Virus record (IMG/VR): IMGVR_UViG_3300015195_000003
Span: 1-49,980 of that record
Source: a virus
Length of the DNA stretch: 49,980 nt
Reading direction: 5' to 3' (one strand)
The position numbers and the translations under genes were made by a program. The notes beneath the pieces are model-generated. The model did not search any database. It was not told the DNA's origin and saw nothing but the letters and a program-made list of their open reading frames with translations. Shown piece after piece: positions 15,542 through 23,903 of this stretch. The first letter of the stretch is position 1, and the number at the start of each line of letters is the position of its first letter.

Positions 15542-17258
15542 TTTTTGCTAAACTTGGATCTGATACATTGAGTGTAACATCCTCTTCATCGGCTTGTCCA
15601 AGCGCGACAGTGATCCGATCAATAATATAATATTTGTTGATATCTTTGAAAAGATTTAAATTTGAAACACTAATTCGAACCTGGTCTCCGACGTGTAGCT
15701 CCCCCACTTGTGGCGCATTTACTCTTCCCGAACCATCGTATTTAATTTGGTTAATAACCAAAGGATTTTTGTGGACATTTAAATGCGCTTGCGTCAAATT
15801 TGTGAGCTGGGTCAAATCAGTGACGTTTGGATAATTGACTCGATCATCTCGAATTCCGTAGCGCTGAGCGGTTACGGCGTCCGATAACGAAACAGTCAAC
15901 TTATCACCAACTGCTCCCTTCCCGTCGCCTGCGAGCGTGTTAACAATCTTTGTCGGATCGACTGAGTAGATGATATCTTTGACGTTTCCGAAAGGATAGG
16001 AGAAAATCACATCTGATCGAACCACGCCAATTGCGGGGTGGTAAATATTGAACCGCTTGTCCCACGTAAACTCGAAATCAAAGCCGTTGGGTTCATTTGA
16101 CATGTCCTTGAGTGCATCAAAAATTGTTTTATCGTCGTATTGCTGTAAAGGATAAACCGTTGTATTATCAACACTTGGGGTATTTCCTAAAACCAAACCA
16201 CTATAATTTCCGTTTGATCCGTATTGGCGCGCAAGTGTATTGGCAAAAAGATCCTTAGCAATAAAAAGCCCAGTTTGCCCGGTGTAGGTGGTCGTCACTC
16301 GACGGGATTTCATCAATTCAAACCAACCGCTTGCTGTGAATTTTGCTCGTCTATCTCCCCCGACATTGCCATCCCAAACGCCTAGCTCTCCTGCAGTAAT
16401 AACAGTTCCGTACCGCGCCACTCGAACTTCGGTAATGCAACTTTGAAACAAATCGGACATGTTGATATTAAGTGTTTTGCAAAGCGTGTTAATTTTATCG
16501 ATTGAACAATCAAAGTGAATCGAGTCGGGATCATTTCGAGAAGTTACAAATTGTCTATTGTCGGCAATGCCAGTCAGATCTGCGAAAAATTGTCCGTTAA
16601 CATAAGCAAGAAATTGATATTTGCTTTTTGGTGTATATGAAATTCGATTATCAACGTAGCCAATAACTGCAGGTGCTGGGGTTGGGATGATATTACAATT
16701 GTCAAAATAGAAAGATCCTGGGCTGACTTCGTTTTGGAAACACGTTCCTGCCAAGAGCAGTGAAACCGCTGTAATTGTCATGCCGTGAGTAAATGTTCCT
16801 TGTGAAGTGAATGTTTTTCCGTCTGAGGACGTCCACCAAGTAATAACACCGCCTGATTCTGAGATTTTCCACCATCGATGTTGGCCAGGATCGTAGGTAA
16901 ACGACGCAATGTTATTTTTGCTCCCAGCTTTCATGTATTGAGCAATGAGCGTTCCGCCCTCATAGATCCAACGGAACCAATTTGTCGCGTCTATCTTGAT
17001 ACGAATTTCAGCATCAGCGAGCGTTCCAGGGTTCGGGACGGCCTGCACTTGAAAAAAGGCATAACTCCCTGTCAAATCATACGTGGTTGCTGAAACGAGA
17101 TCTCCATCCGTTGCGGATGTTGAAGCGGCTGGATAGCTCATTTCAACACGTTTATTGTTGAGAATAAGCTTCGCTCCTCCGAAAACGAAAGGAATCCAAT
17201 TCGCCGAAAAATTATCCGCGTCAAATGCGTCGATGAGTGTTTCTAGTTTTGCTGGCAT
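15534..17258 (-). CDS. Tal-like tail tip protein with an N-terminal concanavalin/LamG-like domain
   Basis: 574 aa, in the position after the distal tail protein. The N-terminus (...YAFFQVQAVPNPG...WFRWIYEGG...RWWKISESGGVITWWTSSDGKTFT) looks like a lectin-type jelly roll. Confidence 0.7.
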   Translation of the reverse strand: MPAKLETLIDAFDADNFSANWIPFVFGGAKLILNNKRVEMSYPAASTSATDGDLVSATTYDLTGSYAFFQVQAVPNPGTLADAEIRIKIDATNWFRWIYEGGTLIAQYMKAGSKNNIASFTYDPGQHRWWKISESGGVITWWTSSDGKTFTSQGTFTHGMTITAVSLLLAGTCFQNEVSPGSFYFDNCNIIPTPAPAVIGYVDNRISYTPKSKYQFLAYVNGQFFADLTGIADNRQFVTSRNDPDSIHFDCSIDKINTLCKTLNINMSDLFQSCITEVRVARYGTVITAGELGVWDGNVGGDRRAKFTASGWFELMKSRRVTTTYTGQTGLFIAKDLFANTLARQYGSNGNYSGLVLGNTPSVDNTTVYPLQQYDDKTIFDALKDMSNEPNGFDFEFTWDKRFNIYHPAIGVVRSDVIFSYPFGNVKDIIYSVDPTKIVNTLAGDGKGAVGDKLTVSLSDAVTAQRYGIRDDRVNYPNVTDLTQLTNLTQAHLNVHKNPLVINQIKYDGSGRVNAPQVGELHVGDQVRISVSNLNLFKDINKYYIIDRITVALGQADEEDVTLNVSDPSLAKNG

Positions 17259-17261
17259 AGT

Positions 17262-18119
17262 TTAAACTCCAATATAGGCACTGCTGTAATCGAAGCGAGC
17301 GTTTCCAAGATCTGCAGAAAGCCCACTTCCCATTTTGATAAGATTGTCTCCAGGTTGAAGCGATAGCCACGTATTTGAAATATTGAAATATTGCATAGCG
17401 TTTGTTGCTCCGTTAAGAACCATTGTTTTATTGACCATGTCGACAACTAAAGAATCTCCTGCTAAAAGAGTAATGTTTGCTTGAAACGATGCACCAGTTG
17501 TTTGATTGATTATGTAGGGCGAGGTCAGCGGCCCATTAAACGTCACGACTGGGAAGGTATCGCTATCTCCTGCATTGGTGATGATTTGTGATCCCCCACT
17601 TTTAGCGGCGTAGGTTAATGGATAAATTGCGGGATATGTCGCTCCACCTCCTGTTGGTACTGAAACAGTTACTTTTTGCGTCGAGGCTTCATAAAGATTT
17701 GGATCGGGTGCAAAAAGATCGATGATAAATTGACAATGATTAGGTGATTTCTCGATAAGTTGGAGCGGTTGACTAGGAAAACAATTTGTTTGCAAAGTCA
17801 GTCCGTCCATTGTGGTGAATTTCAAAAGAATCGGTTGCGCGATATTGAGCGAGTTTTGCACGATACGAAGCGCGTTTGATAACCCTCGTCTGTATTGCAA
17901 GTAAGTTGCAATTATCGGATGATAAATTCTTCCAGTAAGTTCAATTGTTCGACCGTCGTAATACTCATTTGGCACAACTGCGCCGTGTTCGCCTGGCTTT
18001 TGATAGGGATTTAATCGAACCCCAGGATATTCAAGTCCTTTGATTGGAATTTCGACAACGAAGCCAATTTCAGCACTATTGCTGTGAATTTGCAGATTAT
18101 TTAAAAACATTGATTGCAT
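17262..18119 (-). CDS. Distal tail protein (Dit-like)
   Basis: 285-aa ORF directly after the tape measure gene. The call rests on synteny. Confidence 0.65.
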   Translation of the reverse strand: MQSMFLNNLQIHSNSAEIGFVVEIPIKGLEYPGVRLNPYQKPGEHGAVVPNEYYDGRTIELTGRIYHPIIATYLQYRRGLSNALRIVQNSLNIAQPILLKFTTMDGLTLQTNCFPSQPLQLIEKSPNHCQFIIDLFAPDPNLYEASTQKVTVSVPTGGGATYPAIYPLTYAAKSGGSQIITNAGDSDTFPVVTFNGPLTSPYIINQTTGASFQANITLLAGDSLVVDMVNKTMVLNGATNAMQYFNISNTWLSLQPGDNLIKMGSGLSADLGNARFDYSSAYIGV

Positions 18120-18120
18120 A

Positions 18121-19974
18121 TTATTTAGCTCCTGAAACTTGTAACCCCACGTTTCGATTGAAGGTATTCAAATCAAATGGCGTGTTATTTGTCACGTTAT
18201 TGGTAATGTTTATACTTGATGCCCCGTATGCGTTTTGCAAACTAAGCGCTGATCCTGCTCGAACTTGCGGATTGCTCGACGATCCTCCACCGCCTCCACC
18301 AAGTTCTGCGATGTGACCGAATTGAATTTTCATGCCAGGTATTTTTGAGGCGATTCCGTTAAGTGCATCAATCATTGTATTGAGTCCTCGAATAACGGTA
18401 TTGACCATATCTGTTATTTTTCCAATAACCCAACCGACAGCGTTTGAAACACCGTTGGCCATGTCCCAGAAAAATTGTTGCGTTTCTTTTATGTGCATTT
18501 TTAGAATAATAAAAGCGGCGACAAGTGATCCCACAACCAACGCCGCAATACCAGTCGCTGTGACCATAAAGGCCGCTCCGACACCGATCAATCCGCCAAT
18601 TCCTGCAATCAACGCAACGACCCAACCTGCAAAAGCAACCAACGCGATAACCAAAACCCCAGCAACAACACCAGCTAAAATTGCGAGTGCTTCTCGATGT
18701 TTATTAACCCACATCGACAAATCGATAATTGCTTTTGAAACAGTAATAACTGCCTGCAAAAATGATTTAAAGAAGTTGGCGACTTCTTCTCTATGTGTTT
18801 TCAAATAATCCAAAAAGCTTTGGAGTCCTTTTTTCATTTCGTCAAACGCTGATCCTTGATTTAATTCTCCGAAGTGTTTATTTTCTGTTCCGTCGTCGTT
18901 AATTGCTTTCATGTCAAAACCCATCGCGTCGAGTGCTAATTGTTGCAACTGTGTTTGTGTTGACGAAACAATACCTTGAAAAGTATTCATGTGATGCTTC
19001 ATTGCCTCAAAGTACATGCCGCCTTTTTCAGTCGACATTGCGAGTGCTTTTTCAACATCCTGAAATGAGAATGCACCGGATGTCACCATCTCTTTGATTT
19101 CTTTTGCTGTCACCTTTGAGGAACTAACCATTGCGGCTCCTGTTGTGACTGTTGTTTTTCCGAATTGACCCATCTTCTCAGTATTGAGTTGGACGGTATT
19201 GTGCAATCGCTCAAGTGTTTGTTGATGTGTGAATGCCGCTTTTTCAGCTTTGGTATGTGAGGTTGAAAGAAACGCTATTTTCTCGTTTGCGAGTGCGGTT
19301 GAGTCCGTTAATCGCTCGGTTGCAAGTGCAGTTTTTGAAGCGGCTGAGGCATGTGCCGTATGAACTGCTGTTCCAGCGGCCATTGTTCCGTTAAGTTGCG
19401 CCATTGTTCCGCCTGTTTTATTCACGTAATCAGCAAGCATTTGATAAATCGGGATGTGCGCTCCCAGCGTAAAAATACGAGCTTCATGCGCTGTTAGTTT
19501 TTGCTGAGTGTTAACTTCTCCCAACGCAAAACCCAACTCGTTTAGTTTCGCCGCGTTACCTAGCGAAATATCCCCCAGCACTTTAAGATCTGGCATAATA
19601 CGATCTTGCGCGATACCGAAGGCTAAAAGCTGTTGCGTCGCGCCTGTTAATTGTTCGAAGTTAAAAGAGGTGTTTGGCTCATATTGCGCGATATCAGACA
19701 TCATTTTCGAACCTGCTTCGACTGATCCAAGCAAAACGTCAAACTGTGTTTTGACTTGTTCAAACTCTGAGGCGCTATCAACCGCAAATTTGACGACTTC
19801 GCGAGTGATGTTTCCAATTTCTTCTCCAATTCGAGCAAAATTAATCCCGAGTGCGATTTCACCAGCTCTTTGCAGAGATTCTCCAAATCCTTTAATCGCA
19901 GAAGTTGCTTTGTCGGCATCTCCCGTGTTTGATTTAATTCGTAACTCGCCTGTTACCGGCTCTAGTGATGGCAT
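18121..19974 (-). CDS. Tape measure protein
   Basis: 617 aa, helical and Ala-rich, with an internal hydrophobic block (ILAGVVAGVLVIALVAFAGWVVALIAGIGGLIGVGAAFMV). It lies downstream of the frameshifted chaperone. Confidence 0.85.
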   Translation of the reverse strand: MPSLEPVTGELRIKSNTGDADKATSAIKGFGESLQRAGEIALGINFARIGEEIGNITREVVKFAVDSASEFEQVKTQFDVLLGSVEAGSKMMSDIAQYEPNTSFNFEQLTGATQQLLAFGIAQDRIMPDLKVLGDISLGNAAKLNELGFALGEVNTQQKLTAHEARIFTLGAHIPIYQMLADYVNKTGGTMAQLNGTMAAGTAVHTAHASAASKTALATERLTDSTALANEKIAFLSTSHTKAEKAAFTHQQTLERLHNTVQLNTEKMGQFGKTTVTTGAAMVSSSKVTAKEIKEMVTSGAFSFQDVEKALAMSTEKGGMYFEAMKHHMNTFQGIVSSTQTQLQQLALDAMGFDMKAINDDGTENKHFGELNQGSAFDEMKKGLQSFLDYLKTHREEVANFFKSFLQAVITVSKAIIDLSMWVNKHREALAILAGVVAGVLVIALVAFAGWVVALIAGIGGLIGVGAAFMVTATGIAALVVGSLVAAFIILKMHIKETQQFFWDMANGVSNAVGWVIGKITDMVNTVIRGLNTMIDALNGIASKIPGMKIQFGHIAELGGGGGGSSSNPQVRAGSALSLQNAYGASSINITNNVTNNTPFDLNTFNRNVGLQVSGAK

Positions 19975-19980
19975 AATTTT

Positions 19981-20010
19981 AGTATAGACGGAAAGCTAAC
20001 TACTCGGCAA
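19981..20010 (-). promoter_or_regulatory. Weak candidate promoter TTGCCG-N18-TATACT
   Basis: The -10 lies 6 nt before the tape measure ATG (19974). The element sits inside the chaperone frameshift extension. Confidence 0.3.
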
Positions 20011-20211
20011 TAACTTCCTCAGCGTCTTTTTGCATTTGCGCTTCAATATCCCACATGATGAAATCGTTGTAGACATCGACCAAGTCGACCTCTTCTCGAA
20101 ATTGCTTTGGGGTTAAACGAAATTTCTCTCGATATTTTAGGATGACGTATTCTGTGGGGGCACTACCTCTGATTTCTTTGTCGAGGTGGAGGATGAGCTG
20201 TCTTTTTTTTT
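20000..20211 (-). CDS. -1 frameshift extension of the tail assembly chaperone (gpT-like part of a G/GT pair)
   Basis: Hand translation of the -1 frame from the A9 run is open for 67 codons (KKRQLILHLDKEIRGSAPTEYVILKYREKFRLTPKQFREEVDLVDVYNDFIMWDIEAQMQKDAEEVIAE) down to the TAG at 20002-20000. Confidence 0.6.
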
Positions 20212-20499
20212 ATCTGTCATGATCAGCTTGTCGAGTCCCAACTCCTTATTGATCAAGGCAACGTCAAACTGTGAAAGGGCGCGCCCAATATTCTCGCTGG
20301 TGATTGGTGCTGGGCTTCCGTCTTTTTCGGTGAAATTCCACTCTCGAATAAGCTTTTCAAGCATGATGTTTCCAGCTTCAGTTGCATCTTCGGGCAAGCT
20401 TTCAAAAGTATCGCCTTTTGGATTCTTGAGGACAACGACATACGCATCGTCAGTTATGAGGTCAATTCGTTTTAAATTTTCTTCTCCAAGGATCGGCAT
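20137..20499 (-). CDS. Tail assembly chaperone (gpG-like, zero-frame product)
   Basis: 120 aa, acidic, located between the major tail protein and the tape measure. It contains an A9 slippery run near its 3' end. Confidence 0.7.
   Translation of the reverse strand: MPILGEENLKRIDLITDDAYVVVLKNPKGDTFESLPEDATEAGNIMLEKLIREWNFTEKDGSPAPITSENIGRALSQFDVALINKELGLDKLIMTDKKKDSSSSTSTKKSEVVPPQNTSS
20203..20211 (-). other. Slippery sequence AAAAAAAAA for programmed -1 frameshifting
   Basis: Nine T on the plus strand at 20203-20211, equal to GAT AAA AAA AAA GAC in the chaperone frame. Confidence 0.6.
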
Positions 20500-20505
20500 A
20501 ATAAT

Positions 20506-20535
20506 AAGTTAGCAGAGTTAGACAATCAATGTCAA
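20506..20535 (-). promoter_or_regulatory. GTCTAA-box promoter: TTGACA-ttgatt-GTCTAA-ctctg-cTAACTT
   Basis: The -35 abuts the major tail stop. GTCTAA at 20518-20523. The ATG (20499) lies 18 nt after the box. The -10 is weak. Confidence 0.45.
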
Positions 20536-21699
20536 CTATGTTGAAATGTTGTTCAACACTTTAATATCCATCATTTGACCGTCAGTTGGATTGTAGTTTG
20601 GAGAGCCGTCAATATCAGCATAAATGATTTTTCCGCTATCAAAATCTCGTTTACTGGTTTTATATTTCAATTGATTAAACGTGATACGAAGTTCATAGCC
20701 TGATTCTGAGAAGTGACGAATAACAAGCGCTTGATTTCCAACGTTTAGCCATCTGATTAATTCGTTTGGTGTGTCAAAGAATAATTTCAAAGCTACTTCT
20801 GCGTCTGTTTGCAGGCGAACCAATGATGCTGGATCAAATGATCCTGAACGGTCAGAGCCTTGTTTCTTTTCGAACTTGTGCATCAGTTTCCATTTACCAG
20901 CACCGTTCTCAATTGGTGTATGTGTTGCTGAAAGAGCGGCGGAAGCAGTTGCGCCAAACCTGAATTCGGTTCGAGCCCAAAGGAAAGGAGTTTTGATTGT
21001 GTACGAAGCTGTTTGTGGTCGAAGATAAATAAAATCTCCTGCTGCAAAAGCGGCGGCCGTTGCGCCAAGAATAAGCGTAATACCATCAACGTTAACGGTT
21101 CCGATGGTTGTATTGGTGATAAGTGAGCCGTCTGATTTATAAAGAGCAACTAAATCTCCAACAACCAAACCCTTTGTCGGTGCTGGGTCTTTTGTGGTGT
21201 CGAGTGTAATAGTGGTGGTTGAAACGGTTGCGATTTGTCCGACTAAGAATGATCCTCGCGCTGAAACTTTAAGACTAAATTTCATTTTGTTTTTGTCCCA
21301 TATCGGAGCTATCTCTTCAGCCATTACACCGAAATATCGCTCAACGATTGCGCCTTTTGCCAAATCGATTGTGTATGAGTTTGAAAGTCCCTCAGTAAAC
21401 GGATGCGTGTAGGGGCCGCCACCAGTTACGGCTGATTTAGCGAAAATCATATCGAGAAAGTATTGCGCGGTGTTTGGTTCAGCGAGAACTTCCAAATCTC
21501 CCTCATGTGAACGAAGACCCATAAACTGATTGAAAGGATTTGAACGAACGCCAGCAATCGGATTATCTTGATCGAGATTTAAATTGGTATTGAGTGTTGA
21601 TTTATAAAATTGAAAGAAGATGTTCGGCGTCAAAGCAACCCCAGCGGTAACTTCTGGAATCATTGCCCCATACCCTGTATTTGCGAGTCGTTCTGGCAT
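20536..21699 (-). CDS. Major tail protein (tube)
   Basis: 387-aa ORF immediately upstream of the chaperone and tape measure. There is no separate sheath/tube pair, so a non-contractile tail is inferred. Confidence 0.65.
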   Translation of the reverse strand: MPERLANTGYGAMIPEVTAGVALTPNIFFQFYKSTLNTNLNLDQDNPIAGVRSNPFNQFMGLRSHEGDLEVLAEPNTAQYFLDMIFAKSAVTGGGPYTHPFTEGLSNSYTIDLAKGAIVERYFGVMAEEIAPIWDKNKMKFSLKVSARGSFLVGQIATVSTTTITLDTTKDPAPTKGLVVGDLVALYKSDGSLITNTTIGTVNVDGITLILGATAAAFAAGDFIYLRPQTASYTIKTPFLWARTEFRFGATASAALSATHTPIENGAGKWKLMHKFEKKQGSDRSGSFDPASLVRLQTDAEVALKLFFDTPNELIRWLNVGNQALVIRHFSESGYELRITFNQLKYKTSKRDFDSGKIIYADIDGSPNYNPTDGQMMDIKVLNNIST

Positions 21700-21908
21700 T
21701 ATTTAGTTTCCTCTCTTTTTTCAGTTCCTTGAATTGTCGTTGCTGTTTGTGGTGGTGTTGGTTGACCCTGTGATGGCGCAGAAGCTCCGACAAGTTCGAA
21801 ATTGGAGTTCTCTATTACTTTGTCCGTTTCGATCGTTTTACCGGCTTCTACAAGCCCGATGTTTGGCAAGATTTGATCTTGGTCTGTTTTATTCCGATAG
21901 GTTGCCAT
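21699..21908 (-). CDS. Small hypothetical structural-module protein
   Basis: 69-aa ORF. The ATG lies 6 nt after the -10 of promoter 21915-21943. Confidence 0.5.
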   Translation of the reverse strand: MATYRNKTDQDQILPNIGLVEAGKTIETDKVIENSNFELVGASAPSQGQPTPPQTATTIQGTEKREETK

Positions 21909-21914
21909 AATTAA

Positions 21915-21943
21915 ATAGTAGAGTGTATCTTTCTGCTTGTCAA
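21915..21943 (-). promoter_or_regulatory. Promoter TTGACA-N17-TACTAT
   Basis: Read from the reverse complement: TTGACAagcagaaagatacactcTACTATttaattATG. Confidence 0.5.
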
Positions 21944-21946
21944 TCT

Positions 21947-22459
21947 TTAAACTTTGTTAGGCGTTTGCTCAAATCTTGTTATGGTAACAAAAATATGCGC
22001 CTCGCCTGTTGGGTCTTCATCCATGCCGTTTCGTGGAACGTCGCGATATTTGACCTCGATTTCTTGATTAAGCGCGTAGTTGCCAAGCGTGAAGTTTTGA
22101 CGAAGTACCCCGAGAATGGTTGTTGCATCATATTTTTGCGTTACAGGATCTTTGCCTTGCACCATTAACTCCAAGCCTTTTTTCCATTCCATTGTGTCGT
22201 CGTTGAAATCGTCGTTATAGTCTTTCTTATTAACGATAATGGCAATGTCGAGTTTTTCAACCAATTCATCAGCACCAGTCGGCCCTTGTTTTACTTTCGT
22301 GTCATGAAGATCAACCGCGATACAAGGTTGATTATCGTTATCGATTTCTCCCGGGTCGCCGTAATAGAATTGTTTGAAGTAATTCCCGTACTCCCAATTT
22401 TTGAGCAGGTCGAGAATGATATCAACGGTAGTTCGTGCGTAATTTGATTCTTGTGCCAT
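21947..22459 (-). CDS. Neck/tail terminator-like protein
   Basis: 170-aa ORF between the tail completion protein and the major tail protein. The call rests on synteny only. Confidence 0.55.
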   Translation of the reverse strand: MAQESNYARTTVDIILDLLKNWEYGNYFKQFYYGDPGEIDNDNQPCIAVDLHDTKVKQGPTGADELVEKLDIAIIVNKKDYNDDFNDDTMEWKKGLELMVQGKDPVTQKYDATTILGVLRQNFTLGNYALNQEIEVKYRDVPRNGMDEDPTGEAHIFVTITRFEQTPNKV

Positions 22460-22462
22460 AAA

Positions 22463-22930
22463 TTAAAGCGAGTTTAGTTGTCGATTGATATTATTAACAA
22501 TTAAATCCCGAATGGTTGTTGCTCGACCTGAATCGACAACCAACAATTCACGTTTTGGCATTCTCGTCGTTCCCTCTTGGTGAAAAGCCGCGTAGTAATC
22601 GCCTCTATCGTTTTGCGCTTCGTTTTTTACTTGTAAATAATCAGCGCCAGTGTACATATTCCAACCGTTTTGCATTGCCCCTGACGCAATAAGAATGCCG
22701 ACCATTCCGAACTTGGTAGCTTTATAAAATGCGTAGTTTTCATTGAGTTGCGCCCACCTTCTCCCGTAGACAGCACCCTCGCTGGTGAACACTTCGCCTG
22801 TTAAAAACTTAATCCACCACTCGCCCACCTCTTGATAGACGTTTCCAAGATTTTCAAAGATATTTTTCAGGTGTTGGACTTGACTTAGTGCTTGGTCTTT
22901 TCCTGTAACAACGACTTGAATTTCTAGCAT
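22463..22930 (-). CDS. Virion morphogenesis/tail completion protein (Mu gpG / HK97 gp10-like)
   Basis: 155 aa. The ...YAAFHQEGTTRMPKRELL... region resembles that family, and the position after the adaptor fits. Confidence 0.6.
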   Translation of the reverse strand: MLEIQVVVTGKDQALSQVQHLKNIFENLGNVYQEVGEWWIKFLTGEVFTSEGAVYGRRWAQLNENYAFYKATKFGMVGILIASGAMQNGWNMYTGADYLQVKNEAQNDRGDYYAAFHQEGTTRMPKRELLVVDSGRATTIRDLIVNNINRQLNSL

Positions 22931-22931
22931 A

Positions 22932-23894
22932 TTAGAACCTCTTTGCCATCGTTACCATCGGGCCAACGTCAACGCCGTTGTCCATTGTTGTATCGTCAGG
23001 CCATCCGTCAAGCAACGTTGTTTTTGCCATTGGTTGCTCGTTTGAATCCAAAAGAACGGTGTCATTGAGTTGAATTTCAGCGAGCTTTTGCATTGCGAGA
23101 TCTGCTTTTGCTTTTCCGTCTTTTGAAGATCCTGGCTTGGTGATACCGAAGTTCTTGGAGAGAAAATATCCTGCAGTCAAAAGTCTTGCAATGTTTTCAA
23201 TTAAGGGAGGCGTAAAAAATGCTCCGTTTTGGGTTTGCAACGGCATCAAGTATCCAGCGGCGGCCAACTTTCCTTTAATCTCAGACTCTGCTTCCGCGCG
23301 TCTTGCGGCTATTTGTGTATCGTCAAGCTTTTGCACTTTCCCAAGGCCTGCTTCGTCAACGATGTCGGCAATCGAAACATAATGCCCCCAACCGCCACCT
23401 CGAACAGCCTCTGACAGTGAAATATCTGTTTCGAGTGAACTTGTCGGATTGTAGTAGGTGAATTTATACCAATAAGTAGAGCCTCCAGCATTATCGGTGT
23501 AGTAGGAAAATGATTGATCAACATCAAGATTAACCGTACCCAAAACGCCGTTGCCAGTGAAAACACTATCTGCAGGCGGTGTGCCGTCGATGTTGAGCGC
23601 TCGATACACACGAATCTGATTTCCAAAAAGCTTAATGACACGCTCATGATTTCGATGTTGGAGATTTAAATTGGAGGAAAGTGTCACGTTGTTGCCTGAA
23701 ATACTCAAGATTTGGCGCATTTCTCCTGTTTCTCTTGCTGGGTTTAAGACCAAATAGTCATTTGCACTGGCATTTTGTGAGTTGATCAGAGCGGCTATTG
23801 CTTGTGCTGGAGCGGCGTCTGCTCCTAGCTCTAACTCTTCAAGAATATTGATTGCCGAGAAGTTAGGAAGTGTCAATGTTTCAATGGTTGGCAT
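22932..23894 (-). CDS. Head-tail adaptor (DUF1320/Mu gp36-like C-terminal half) with an extra N-terminal domain
   Basis: YVSIADIVDEAGLGKVQKLDD...AEAESEIKGKLAAAGYLMPL...PPLIENIARLLTAGYFL fits the DUF1320 pattern. About 170 additional N-terminal residues are present. Confidence 0.65.
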   Translation of the reverse strand: MPTIETLTLPNFSAINILEELELGADAAPAQAIAALINSQNASANDYLVLNPARETGEMRQILSISGNNVTLSSNLNLQHRNHERVIKLFGNQIRVYRALNIDGTPPADSVFTGNGVLGTVNLDVDQSFSYYTDNAGGSTYWYKFTYYNPTSSLETDISLSEAVRGGGWGHYVSIADIVDEAGLGKVQKLDDTQIAARRAEAESEIKGKLAAAGYLMPLQTQNGAFFTPPLIENIARLLTAGYFLSKNFGITKPGSSKDGKAKADLAMQKLAEIQLNDTVLLDSNEQPMAKTTLLDGWPDDTTMDNGVDVGPMVTMAKRF

Positions 23895-23903
23895 GGTTTT
23901 ATT

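Noticed and set aside
18332-19987. Long plus-strand ORFs 18332..18808 and 19508..19987, antisense to the tape measure gene (similar cases at 36304..37000 opposite the terminase genes)
   Set aside because: They are antisense shadows of long, compositionally biased minus-strand genes. They have no promoter or RBS signals and do not fit the otherwise unidirectional, tightly packed organisation.
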